From contig JAVECL010000184.1 of NCBI GenBank assembly GCA_051942245.1, positions 1 to 38,656 of the forward strand: a stretch of 38,656 bases of DNA. The letters are read 5' to 3'. Under the pieces are notes generated by a model that made no database searches, was not told the origin of the DNA, and saw only the letters and a list, made by a program, of their open reading frames with translations. Below, piece by piece: positions 12,648 to 23,821 of this stretch. Numbering within the stretch: the stretch's first letter is position 1; the number at the start of each line of letters is the position of its first letter. The position numbers and the translations under genes were made by a program. This stretch comes from Trypethelium eluteriae. Its lineage: Eukaryota.

Positions 12648-13638
12648 TCACTCCGTCCCATCTTGATTCAATTTGTTTTCCATCATCTCTGAATGTTGGC
12701 ATGGCATCGTCTTGGATGGATCGTCTTCATTTCTTTCATCGCAATTGTAACGCCATCCAGGCAGCACACTGTGCAAGGTGACACTTGCAATCAGAGCGCC
12801 GGTGATACACCCAGGCGTAATAATCCCGAATCCAGCGATATCACCGACTTGAAGTGCCTGAGCAAGACCAAACACAAACCCCACAATCAACCCTGATATA
12901 AGGAATTTTTGCTGATATCTGTCACCTTTGCGATGCTGCAGAAAGGCCATGAGTGAGAATGCGTAGACTATGCAGCACAACAAGTAAACATCGCGCGTTG
13001 GATCACTGAGATATTGAGGGAGGAATTTGCTTGATGAGATGCGTCCGTGCGAGAGCTTGAAGAAAGTCAGCAAACATCCAGTACGTTGGGTCATAAAAAG
13101 TGTCTAATCTTACAAATGACGACCCTTTCGACTTTGTCGGACTTTCAAAACATCTAATGACCTCCTCTACTGGCTCAAAACTGGTATGTGACGACCCGTT
13201 CCCTTGGTGGCGTTCTCTGCCTTTCGGGTCCAATGCCTGCGAGTGCAGAAGTTCCCACATGCTCTGGGGAAAGCTCTTCAATTTCTTCTCTATGAGTTTG
13301 AAATCTTGAGGACGACAGCTCCAGTATTTGTTGATTCGAGCTGCTAACCCAGACTCGCGCGTCTCCTGGAACTGATCCAGAAGAGCTTGCACTTCCAGGA
13401 GCCTCACTTTGCAGTTCGGTAGCGTCGCTGAACCTGTATCATCAAGCTTGTCCTCTCTCGAAACGATACATCCTTCCAATGCTCTGAGCAATGTTGGGAA
13501 TGCTTGCAAGTCATCCTCTAGTTCAGAAAGACGCCTTTCACTATGCGCGCGTATAGAGATTGCACTCACGAGATGCGCAGTCCAGTCAACAAGTTGGACC
13601 ACCCTCGATGCGATGCCGAGAGCGCACAACGGATCCAT
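12648..13638 (-). CDS. 310-aa protein: HeLo-like/SesA-type 'fungal STAND N-terminal' helical domain fused to about 3 C-terminal TM helices; exons 13638-13114, 13055-12648
   Basis: N-terminus MDPLCALGIASRVVQLVDW, followed by L..LEDDLQAF..LL..LE, NC...L.EVQALL and RINKYW, resembles fungal NLR N-terminal domains. A 58-nt phase-0 intron (13113-13056; GTAAGA..GCTGAC..AAG) joins two listed ORFs. Exon 2 has three hydrophobic segments. Confidence 0.7.
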
Positions 13639-14112
13639 ACGAGGAAGACAAACAGACTTCTTCAAAGGAGTTGAGTTGAGACGATGTCGTGAAGAGCGAC
13701 GAAGTTCTGAGTCTTTACCGAACACAAGGAGCGACCGAGGTCGCTAGGCAAGGCTGAATCTTACGTGGACGATGCATGATATGTCGGTACCTACTTACCC
13801 ATGCTCGGGACAGGATTTGTGTGTACTGGCGGCCGTCACTTAGCCCAAATCTAAGCCTACTACCTGTATCACTTGCGGGCTTTCAAGTTTACAGTTCGTT
13901 GGGGTTTGCACCTCGAGAACTGTTAAACAGGCCCATTCGATCCATAGCAACAGTATGTGCGATCATGTCTAATCTTTTCCCGGATTCAAGTACAGCGTAA
14001 TGTCTCGAACTGACGCCGCCACAGATCGAGGCTGAAGCCTCAGCTTCAGACTTTCCTCTGACGCCATTTCGACCCTCTTGCAGGAAGCGTTGAACTATTC
14101 TTCAAAGGCAGA

Positions 14113-15714
14113 ATGTATCCATCTAAAAGTTTCATGCAAATTCATGAGCCCAACGATATACCGGGGAGAATGGCTGCAGAAGAGGAGATAGAGGCATATG
14201 AAAAGAATGTGAACGACACCACACAAAAGCAGAGTTCGAGTGATGACCCTGTTATACTGACCTGCCGGACTATTTCTCTGCATTGCGAGCAAAACTTTTT
14301 GCTCCCTCGAGATTTTGGCTATCTGCGTTCACGCGTGTTGCTTCATATGCAAGAAGGAATTGCTGCCCTCGAACGCGAATCGGATGATTTGGATACAAGT
14401 GACAGTATCTGCCAGCCAGTACACCGGAGAATCAGAATTGGAGAACCCAGCCATAAGTATGACCACAAAAGCGAAGATGAGAACTCTCGAATGCTACACC
14501 AGCCAGAGGCAGAGCGCCCACGGCATACAATACTTTCTGATATAGAAGCCAAACTTTTGGAAAATGGTAAATTTTCTGATCCTATTAGATCCTAAGTATG
14601 AAGCTAAAGCTCCAGATTAGATGATATTCTTATGAAAGATCGTGATATGTCGGCCTTTCAGCGCGCTGCTCGACATGATCATCGCTCAGTTACCACTAAT
14701 ACTAACGACAAAGCTTTCAGTCGCTGCAGAGAAGACATTGTAGATCTTCGCCAGGATCCTGAGATGAAGATCGTGAAATCTTTCGGGGTTGACGTTCTTG
14801 CTAGATTATATCTTCAGAACCATTACAATTGCCGCATGCGACAGCGGGATAGGCATCTATGGCGGATCCAAAAGATCAGTCTCTTTCTACTCTCAGTACT
14901 GCCCATCACCATATGCGGCGCTCCAGTCGACCATTTAGCACCCCCGGAGTCAACCAGACAGATTTTAAAACACGATGGCAGTAGTATGTTAGACATCGAT
15001 GTCTCACTTCAAAAAAGCCCTTCTGTCGTTCAATGGATCATTTCTCACGCATCCCCTATCCTGGTCCTGTTCATGTGCGCATCTACGGCACTGATTATCA
15101 CGTATTATGCGAAGAAATATCCACAAGAAAGAAGGGGCTATTTTCTGTGTGCTGCTGCAATGTCAGCTTTCATGACCATAGAATTTTCTACACCCGAGAC
15201 TCATTTCTTGGAACGCGTCTTGTAAGTTAATAATTGCTGCAGATGCGATACCTGCTGACAGTTGCAAAGCCTAAGTACCTTTAACCTGTATTTCGGGTTC
15301 AAGTACGCTCTCGTTGACCGTAGGTTGTTAGATGTAGATGTTATGTATGTGCTACTTTGCAAAGTCGAAAACAGAATTGAACCTGACCTTGGAAATAGGC
15401 ACGGTTTGTTCATCGTTGCGATGAGCTTTGCTTTTGATATCTTCATAATCAACTTTCTCAGCGGTGGATCTCGTGAAGACCCCATGTCTTTGTTCGCCAC
15501 CTTGCTCACACCGTCGACTGTCTTCAGTATCGTAGTGTATGGGCTATCCCTTGACATTTTCTGGAGCTTTGTACCATGGCTTAATCAAGCTACACGACGT
15601 GTTGCGAACGCTTTCAGAGAACCTCAGCCCGTCCGTGATGTCGAAGTAGGGGACGAATCTCAAGTGGATCGCGCGGAAATACTGGTCACCGAGACCGGCC
15701 ATCCTCCGGTATAG
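14113..15714 (+). CDS. DUF6594-like multi-pass membrane protein, about 499 aa; exons 14113-14566, 14621-15221, 15270-15714
   Basis: NFLLPRDFGYLRSRVLLHMQEGIAALERESDDLD, R..ILSDIEAKL.E, D.LMK.R.MSAFQR...D.RSV and EDIV.LR resemble the DUF6594 pattern as I recall it. Introns 14567-14620 and 15222-15269 join three ORFs in frame. About 5-6 hydrophobic segments. Start is 14113 or 14170. Confidence 0.65.
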
Positions 15715-16091
15715 ATCACTTGTTGCGAAGACCCTTGTCTAAACTAGGAATGAGGTTCAACGCCTCTTCTTCTCCTAGCTCCAGAGTCAGGATCAGTATC
15801 AGGGAATGAGTTTTGTCATATTTCTGGACAGCGAACCCCCGAGCGGTTCTTTGGGCATGCGGACGTGTTTTTGGCTACTTTGGCGCACAGGATAAGTGTC
15901 ACGATTTGAGTGGATAAACTCGATAAATTGATTATAACTAAACACAAGAAAGTTAATTACAAACTCCTTGACCTTTCACCTACGAGAAGTATTCTTGTTG
16001 CTATAGCCTGTGATTTCCATCGCTCCTTTCCCGGAGTTTCCTATAGCTGTCTGACCTGTATATTGACTATTTCTGAGACTAGTTCCTAGAA

Positions 16092-17587
16092 TCAGACGTG
16101 TTCCACACTCTGTTCTACATGAACCGTCCGCAACACCCCTTCTTCGTCTTGAGCCTCGACCAGTGGCTCAGAGAATATCTGCCGCCTCGGTCGACCGCTG
16201 AGTGTGTCACTAACAGATGACTGGCGTTCTTGCAGGCTGCTATCAGGAAAGACTGCTGCTCCAAATGGCCGATCTTTCAACTCTAAGTATTCCGCTGACT
16301 GGCTCTCGAGCATCTGGCTCTGAAGCCATGAGGAAGGCTTTGGTCCATGCCGAGGTCGAGCAAAACTCCCCTTCTCGCGAGGCCGTTCGCTTCCAAGATT
16401 GCTCCGGGAGTACTTGGAGAGAAGTCGCTTGACTTTGGGACCGTACTGCTTGAACAAGCGCGGGAGACATACAAGATTGCCGATGAGAATCCCAGCGGCC
16501 AGCTCGCCAGCTCTGAGGACATTGTCAGCGGAGAGTTGAGAGAAAGATGTCATCGACTTACGAGCATTCCCCAATTTGGGTGAGGGTAAATGTTGCATCT
16601 GGATTACCATTGTTGATGGCAGTATAGATGACTCGGAGCATGCTGGCGGCGAGAGCTCTGAATTTTCAGTCAATTCATCGCCTTTACGATGTAGTGAAAG
16701 TGTTAGACTTACAATATGCCGACAAGAAAGATCGCGGAAACCCCTCCTTTTCTCTTGATAGGCATTTGCAAATTCCAAATGCAGAAAAACGGGAAAACAA
16801 GCATCAACAGATCCGAAACCATATTAAAAATGCCAGTAGCGAGGATCGTACCTTGATATTTGACGCATGTACCTGGCAGGGTAGGATTCCATATCTTGGC
16901 TCTTGGCACGCATTCGAAAAGGGTGACGAAGAATAAAGATAGGTAGAAGGATGCTTGAACAAAGATAAATCCTTGAATCATCCAGAATTTTGCATCGCGC
17001 TCAGGGGTGAATATGTTAACGAATTGTAGAGAGATAGAAAGCTTCGCTAACACAATTGTAGGGCAGTAGATGAGTAGTGCATTCGTACTCGCCTTCCCTT
17101 GGTCAGTAAGAACTATTTAAAGACGTGTCCCTTACTTTCACGAATGGAACGAGATCATCAATCGGCACGTTCCATTGGTGGATGCCGGCACCATGGTTAT
17201 AAATTGAGTATCCCGCGAAAAGATACGAGATGTATCCTGCCTAGACGTGAGATACAATTAGCGATATTAGAACGCCGCTTGATCGAACGATTAAAGGAGG
17301 AAATGGTACCCATGCAACCACCATGGTATCTGCGCTCTGGTCAATCTTTGCTCGCCTAAAGTATGCTCACTAGACCTACAATCTGGCCACCCATGACTTC
17401 TCATAATATACAGTCGCGTGAAAATTCGGACAAGCGTCGCAATGCTTGTCAGGGTGGCGCAGACGATGTTTATCGCCTTAAGGGTTGGTGCAATTGAATA
17501 TGGGTTAGAGAAATTGGGGGTAACGCCAGATGGTGGTGGTAAGCCTCCAAGATTTGCAGGATATGTGGCTCCAGAATTCGAACTCAT
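16092..17587 (-). CDS. Pth11-like (fungal rhodopsin-domain) 7-TM membrane protein without CFEM, 409 aa; exons 17587-17380, 17329-17310, 17240-17136, 17092-16713, 16657-16562, 16512-16092
   Basis: LPPPSGVTPNF.NP, R.FTR....GWPDY, GAGIHQWNV, LAKLSI, FEC.P....W......G.C, SDLLML.FP...IWNLQM..KRK and E....I....L..LP motifs. Five introns give a continuous frame. Confidence 0.9.
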
Positions 17588-19474
17588 CGTTGTAAATCGA
17601 TGAAGAGTCTAGGTAAGGAATGAACAAAACATACGTTCTCTCTGCACAAGTGCAAATGGAAGCTAGACTGCTACAAGTGCAGTACTAATATGTCTAGTAA
17701 ACAACGCCACCTACAAGAGAGCAGCATGGCAAAAGACTACATCGATGATCCTGCAGCAACGACTCTATCATTGCTGTGATGGAGGTACGGAAGACCTCGC
17801 ATCAGTTGCACTTACCTGAAGTTTGCCACATAGCACTAGGCCATGCAACAATTTCAATCGGAATCGCGATCTGTGAACCCACACGAAAGGCTTTTGACAT
17901 GCGGCGGACCTATTAGAATTGAGATGATACTGACGTATAGATTGAGGAGACTCCTTTGCTTTTCCATTGCTCGTATTACTAGAAGCAGATGATAGCACGG
18001 GAAAGCGGCAAAGGAGATGGACCAGACCTTTTGCATATCTGCTGCGACGCTGGCAGGTCGAGAGCAGCGCATGTGCACAGCTAGATCGATGTTACTCTGT
18101 GGGAAGATGGGACGGAACGGCCCTTATCCATAATCCTTCCCGAGATATCTATCCATGGATTGCAGACTTCCAGACTTGATCTGGCGCCAGAGGCGATCTT
18201 TGTTGGAATGCGAACATCTTCTTCCTACCATTGGTTACGAGCTTCGAGCAAGCCCCTGCGTCAGTAAATGTGGCGGCCGAGCTTAGAGTAGAATCTGGAG
18301 TGCGGAGTACCGCGGTTGATGTCTTCCAATGTGTTTGACCGCACTCCGTACTCGTTAGGTATCATGAGAGACGACCAATATGCAGGTTGTACTCTCAAAG
18401 CTACAACATGACAGTCCTGCAAAATGCGACTGTCGAGAGCCAAAAGTCTTGACAAGGGAATTTTGGACACCCAAATTAAGCTGCTGTGCCAAAGTGTAAA
18501 AAGAGTTCCCGAGAAGTCGAGCATATCAGACGGGACGCTTGTTTCTCCCCTATCATCTGTCTTTGAGTGAATAGAAAGAAGTTTGAGGCATCGAGGAGAA
18601 AGAACTACCATGAGTCTGCAGATCGCGTGGCGGAATGATGCGGCGCGATAGAGTAGAGTACGATAAGTGGAGAAAGCTCAACCCGTTACATAAGAGATGA
18701 CCGACATTCACCTCCACGGTAAGATATCTCTGCTGATCGCTGTTCCGACTCCAACAATGCCAATGGCGCTCGCCGTGAGGGAATACTTGATGGCCGCAGA
18801 TGGGACGGCATCTTGATTAGGGCTACCGTAGCGAATGGGGCTGGCCGGGATGACCACGCCTGTCCCTCTGAAGCATCGAACCTGCCGTATTGAATGCTAT
18901 TTTTGAAACCCTTTCACATCGACTTTGCATCGCTGCATGTACCTCGTGGCTGCACCCTCATTCAAAGCGTCATTGTCTACGCCTCGCAGTGGACCTAGGT
19001 TTCAGCACGCGAATTGGTGTCGTCACACGTGAAATCTGCGGGCTTAAAAATTTCCTGGAATGGATGATTACCTTGGATGTCGACCTGATTTCTGCAATAA
19101 ACCCATTTACTTGGACCACTTTTCGGCGCTTTAATACCGTCGATATCCACGAATGATCGGATTGCTACCTTAGTCATTAGACAAAGCTAAAACCTTTTTG
19201 ATAGCAAATTCTTTGCGGTAGGACGGCTCTTCCGCGCCAACACATAGTTTTGAGTTTTATGGTGATCGACTTCCCGTGAATTCCTTGTTTTTCTTGCCCA
19301 AAACCGCCTCTCTATCAGCTTGCCGCCTCTGCCAACCTTGAGATAGCCGACGCTGGCTGCTATTGATTCTCCATGCCAACAAAGCAACAGAAGCCGACCA
19401 TGAAGACCATAGAGATGATGGTGCCTAAGTTGGTAGGCTAGTTGACACGGATCGTAGCCAACGGCAGACGACCA

Positions 19475-20074
19475 CTAAATGAACTGCAGCCTTCCATCCT
19501 TTGCGAGACCTTTCCGTAGCACTCCAATCCTTTCGAGTCCCGCAGCGCACATGGGGTATGCCTCGATATCTTTCCCCCCAATCCTCTGCATCTCGATTCT
19601 CTCCATCCTCGTCCCCCGCCATTTTACCATCGTCTCCCCCACTTCCAGCCCAGCTACCACCAAACCAACACCAACCATCATACTCGCTCTTTGCCATGCT
19701 CCACCCCACCTTTCCAGCGCCTTGACTATAAGCACCGCGATCGTCACGCACACTGCTCTCCACCAGCACCGCCCCACTCCACAATGCCAGCGTATGTGCA
19801 GATGCGCGTAGTGTGGAGAGTGATGAAGGTAAAGGAGAAGAGCGGAGATGACGACGAGGGTAGAGAGATACAGCGCGTTGAGGATGTCGATGGTGGAGCG
19901 GCAGTGGGAGGACAGCATCGGGGCAAGGCCGAGGTGAAAGCCCAGGGAGCCCGCAAGATGGGTGGTGGGATGCTCGCAGTTGAGTTCCAGAGAGGAGAGG
20001 GCCACGGAGGCGTCCTCCAGGCTGCTGGGGGGGATCGAGAGTAAGGGAGGAAGGAAGAGTGGAGGTAAATACAT
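19475..20074 (-). CDS. Hypothetical membrane protein, 199 aa, about 3 TM segments
   Basis: ATG-started ORF with three hydrophobic stretches. It lies on a strongly skewed C-rich/G-rich tract where several frames are open, so it may be spurious. Confidence 0.4.
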   Translation of the reverse strand: MYLPPLFLPPLLSIPPSSLEDASVALSSLELNCEHPTTHLAGSLGFHLGLAPMLSSHCRSTIDILNALYLSTLVVISALLLYLHHSPHYAHLHIRWHCGVGRCWWRAVCVTIAVLIVKALERWGGAWQRASMMVGVGLVVAGLEVGETMVKWRGTRMERIEMQRIGGKDIEAYPMCAAGLERIGVLRKGLAKDGRLQFI

Positions 20075-21574
20075 TATGTGGACTGCGGCTTAGTCGAGCC
20101 TTTGGAACACTCGGTTGTGTATTGTTGTGATCTACCGCTTGATAGCCTTGCTCGTCATCGGAAAGAGACGTCGTGGATGAATCTCATGGGTAGATTCCTC
20201 CTTGGTCTCTGGTTCTTCGATACTCTCAAATGCCACTGCGGAAGGACGTGAACGCTTTGATTATAGGTTGCCCGCATGTTGGGTAGAATCTGGGTAGACT
20301 AATACGTGGCGCGTAGATGAGTAAAGGGGTAAAATATATTGGCTATGTGACCCCTTGCGTGAAAGCTGTCTCCAACAACCTGAGAGAAAAGTGGGAAGAT
20401 CACTTGGTGTACCAGAGAGCACTTGAATTGGAAATTGAAAGTTAAAGTGCATGGAGAGATACTCGAAATAGCACTCTACCTGACTTGTCTTGCTAATATA
20501 GCCATCTCATAGCACGATGATCAAGAGCGCTGATGCGAAGACATTAAATTTGACAGAAGGAGAGAACAAGAATCGATCACCGACGTCCTCTGAGGATTTC
20601 AAAATCCGACCGAGCATCAGATAGCGGTCGCGACGTTGCCAAGTTACATATACGAGGTGCCGTTGGCGATTTAGGTTTCTTGGCTGAGTTGTAAGTGAGA
20701 GTCTTGGCGGCGAGCAGCCGGGAGCAGCCCTCAAGGTTGTCAAGTCTGGGCAACTTTTCTATAGAGTGTAATTGGCGACCAAGTGCGGGTCCGGCGCTGT
20801 GTGACTGATCCTTTCCAAAGGTTCCTACGTTCATGCCAAAGGTAGGCAAAGTGTTGCCTAGTCAGTCGCACAGCCTGTTTCCGGACAAGGCTACTTCGCC
20901 GACTTGTGCACAGCTCGACTCGACGTGCGTTTGACAAAGCGACCCAAGACTTCCAAGTTCTCCACCATGTCGATGACTTTTACCCGACGCACATTCACAT
21001 ACAAGATGGGGCACACGGTCAGCTTGGCTCTCAGGTCTGACTTGCTGCGGACTCCGGGTCCGAGAGGGAGGATTTAATTGCTGCCAATGCGCTCCTCCTC
21101 CCGAAGTCCGCTGAGGACTTGACTGGACTTGACTGGACTCGAGCTTAGTAGTATCTCAGGCTCAGGTCCATAAGAGACTCAGCCCCTGGACTTGCTCGGC
21201 GGCACGCCCCGTTCGATCCACCACCCTTAAAGCCATTTGCGATTCGCCTGATCACCTAGGACGGGAACCTTATTAGGCATTCCGGACCTGGCTTGGTTAC
21301 CTCCGCCGTGACCATCCAAAAGTCTCCCGCATCTAGGGAGCTTTCTTGCGGTCGCGATCACTTTCAGAAAAGAAGGTGCACCTCGCTGTTCCCTTTACAA
21401 CTTCCTTTCAGCTCTCTGACGGCAGCGAGCGCGAGCGAACGGATCAACGTCGACGCGTCTGCACGGAGACGTCATATTCCAGCTAGGGCTAGGGTAGCTC
21501 CGAGCGCGGATCCCAGCAAAGCATCAGACCCTGAAGCTTCGACCGACTGCGACAACAGTCTCCAGCTCAGAAGG

Positions 21575-23821
21575 ATGCCTCTGATCACCACCGACGCTCT
21601 CCCCGGCAATCCCACCTCACAGCCTACCTTCCAGTATCAAAACCCTCGTCGACAAAGTCAGCACTCCGTTCTCGCTCAGTCCGCTATCATGAGCAGGACC
21701 TCTTCCCGAAACTCCGTCGACAGCAACACCAACCCACCACCGCAAGAGAAGCACAGTAGCGCCGATGAGAACAATCTAGCTCTTGCACGACATGCCGAGA
21801 AGCTACGGGAGGGCCTATCCAGGCAAATGCCTCCACCCAGCAAACCTGTTCCACACCGTGCACCTCAATCAACCCCAAGCGGAGTTCCTGGCATGGTGCC
21901 GATGAGAGACGGCGTTGGCCACGCTGCATCAGACACTCCGATAAGCACAGCACCAAACAGTCCCAGAATACCGCCCCTTCGTCAAAACTCCGGTACAAGC
22001 ACCCCACGTGCGCGCCCTACGACTCTTGACATCCCCGGTTTGACCAAATCCAAAGTGTCGCCCGATGGTCGGATAGCTCAGCGCGACGTTGGCGCAAAGC
22101 TTGTCATAGTCATGGTTGGCTTGCCGGCACGAGGCAAGAGCTATATTACGAAGAAGCTGGCAAGGTATCTAAATTGGCTGCAACATGACACCAGGATATT
22201 CAATGTGGGAGAGAAGAGACGGGTGGTGGCGAGTGGACCCAAATCTCCGGTCAAGACTAAGAGTGCGACCCGAAACAACGCTCCACACTCTGGCCCTCCA
22301 AGTCCTAAGACGCAAGCGGGACCACCTGAGCTCGCAGCAAGAATATTGGTGAATGGTGCCACGCCGCAAGAAGAGAAGGAGAGCTTCACCCTCCCGGTCG
22401 CTGCACTTCATCAGGAACCTGAAGCCGCCGTGACTCGACAGGCATCGCGGTCAAACCCGGAGCTCAACTCAGCTGATTTGGAAGACAAGTTTCCCGAGCT
22501 AACGCGAGCGCCAACGCCAGAGGAAAAAGAGGACACGCAAGCCATGGAGCAGTCGGCAGAGTTTTTCAACCCACAGAATAAGAAAGCAGCTCTAATCCGG
22601 GAGCAAGTAGCCATGGAAACCCTCGACGATCTTCTAGACTATATATTGAATGGGAATGGCTCTGTTGGTATTTTGGATGCAACAAACAGTACACTGCAGC
22701 GGCGCAAATCAGTCATGGATCGCATACGTGAACGGGCAGGTGTGGACCTCAATGTGCTATTCCTCGAATCTCTCTGCGAGGATGACAAGCTTCTGGAATC
22801 CAATATGCGGCTAAAATTATCTGGTCCCGATTACAAGGATAAGGATCCGGTTGCCTCTCTCATCGATTTCAAGAAGCGTGTTGCCATCTACGAAAGAGCA
22901 TATGTTCCGCTTGGCAAGTATGAGGAAAAGAACAACATGTCTTACATTCAGATGATAGACGTTGGTCGCAAAATCATTTCTCATCAAATCAAGGGCTTTC
23001 TCTCCGCCCAGGCAAATTACTATCTCCTCAATTTCAACCTTGCTCCACGCCAGATCTGGATCACTCGTCATGGAGAGTCAATGGATAATTTGGCTGGCAA
23101 GATTGGCGGTGACTCGGATCTCAGTGCCGTAGGTGTCAAATATGCTCATGCCCTCACCAAATTTGTAGCCGAGGAGCGAAAACTGTGGGAGATTCATCAG
23201 CTCGAAAAGGTAGCCAAGAGCCACCTACCTCCTCATTCCGGTGATACAAGTCCGCCCAATCCACATTACGATCCATTTGCCGAAGATGAGCCACAGCAAA
23301 AGAGTTTTTGTGTCTGGACCTCGATGCTCAAGCGCTCCATCCAAACCGCGCAGTTCTTTGACGAAGAGGAATTTGACATGAAGCAGATGCGCATGCTGGA
23401 CGAGCTTAATGCAGGAATTATGGAGGGCATGACCTATGCGGATATTCGCAGCAAGTTCCCTGAGGAATACGAGATCCGCAAGTCGGACAAGCTCCACTAT
23501 CGATACCCTGGACCCGGTGGTGAAGGCTACCTAGACATCATCAATCGTCTCCGCCCTGTGATTGTCGAGCTAGAGCGTATGACAGATCATGTACTGCTCG
23601 TGGGTCATCGCTCTGTCGCGAGGGTTCTCTTGGCATACTTCAAGGGCTTGGGCCGGGAAGAGGTCGCGGATCTGGATGTCCCGCTGGGCATGCTGTACTG
23701 CCTCGAACCAAAACCATATGGAGTCGATTTCAAAGCATACCAGTACGACGGGCGGAAAGAGTGGTTTGAACACATGCCCAACTTTGAGCTGAAGAGAGCT
23801 CCAGCGGACTCAGTGGCCTGA
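21575..23821 (+). CDS. pfk26: 6-phosphofructo-2-kinase/fructose-2,6-bisphosphatase, 748 aa, intronless
   Basis: Walker A MVGLPARGKS, FNVG..RR, ILDATNST..R, histidine-phosphatase RHGES, LDELNAG and RYPG.GGE.Y.D. The first in-frame ATG is at 21575. Confidence 0.93.
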   Translation: MPLITTDALPGNPTSQPTFQYQNPRRQSQHSVLAQSAIMSRTSSRNSVDSNTNPPPQEKHSSADENNLALARHAEKLREGLSRQMPPPSKPVPHRAPQSTPSGVPGMVPMRDGVGHAASDTPISTAPNSPRIPPLRQNSGTSTPRARPTTLDIPGLTKSKVSPDGRIAQRDVGAKLVIVMVGLPARGKSYITKKLARYLNWLQHDTRIFNVGEKRRVVASGPKSPVKTKSATRNNAPHSGPPSPKTQAGPPELAARILVNGATPQEEKESFTLPVAALHQEPEAAVTRQASRSNPELNSADLEDKFPELTRAPTPEEKEDTQAMEQSAEFFNPQNKKAALIREQVAMETLDDLLDYILNGNGSVGILDATNSTLQRRKSVMDRIRERAGVDLNVLFLESLCEDDKLLESNMRLKLSGPDYKDKDPVASLIDFKKRVAIYERAYVPLGKYEEKNNMSYIQMIDVGRKIISHQIKGFLSAQANYYLLNFNLAPRQIWITRHGESMDNLAGKIGGDSDLSAVGVKYAHALTKFVAEERKLWEIHQLEKVAKSHLPPHSGDTSPPNPHYDPFAEDEPQQKSFCVWTSMLKRSIQTAQFFDEEEFDMKQMRMLDELNAGIMEGMTYADIRSKFPEEYEIRKSDKLHYRYPGPGGEGYLDIINRLRPVIVELERMTDHVLLVGHRSVARVLLAYFKGLGREEVADLDVPLGMLYCLEPKPYGVDFKAYQYDGRKEWFEHMPNFELKRAPADSVA

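Noticed and set aside
13185..13225. RHQGNG in the linker of the HeLo-like protein as an amyloid signalling motif
   Set aside because: One short match, no pseudo-repeat, and no NLR with a matching motif in the window.
21116..21140. GACTTGACTG tandem, and CTGGTACG tandem near 31086, as an array
   Set aside because: Only 2-3 copies with no spacers; simple microrepeats, not CRISPR-like.
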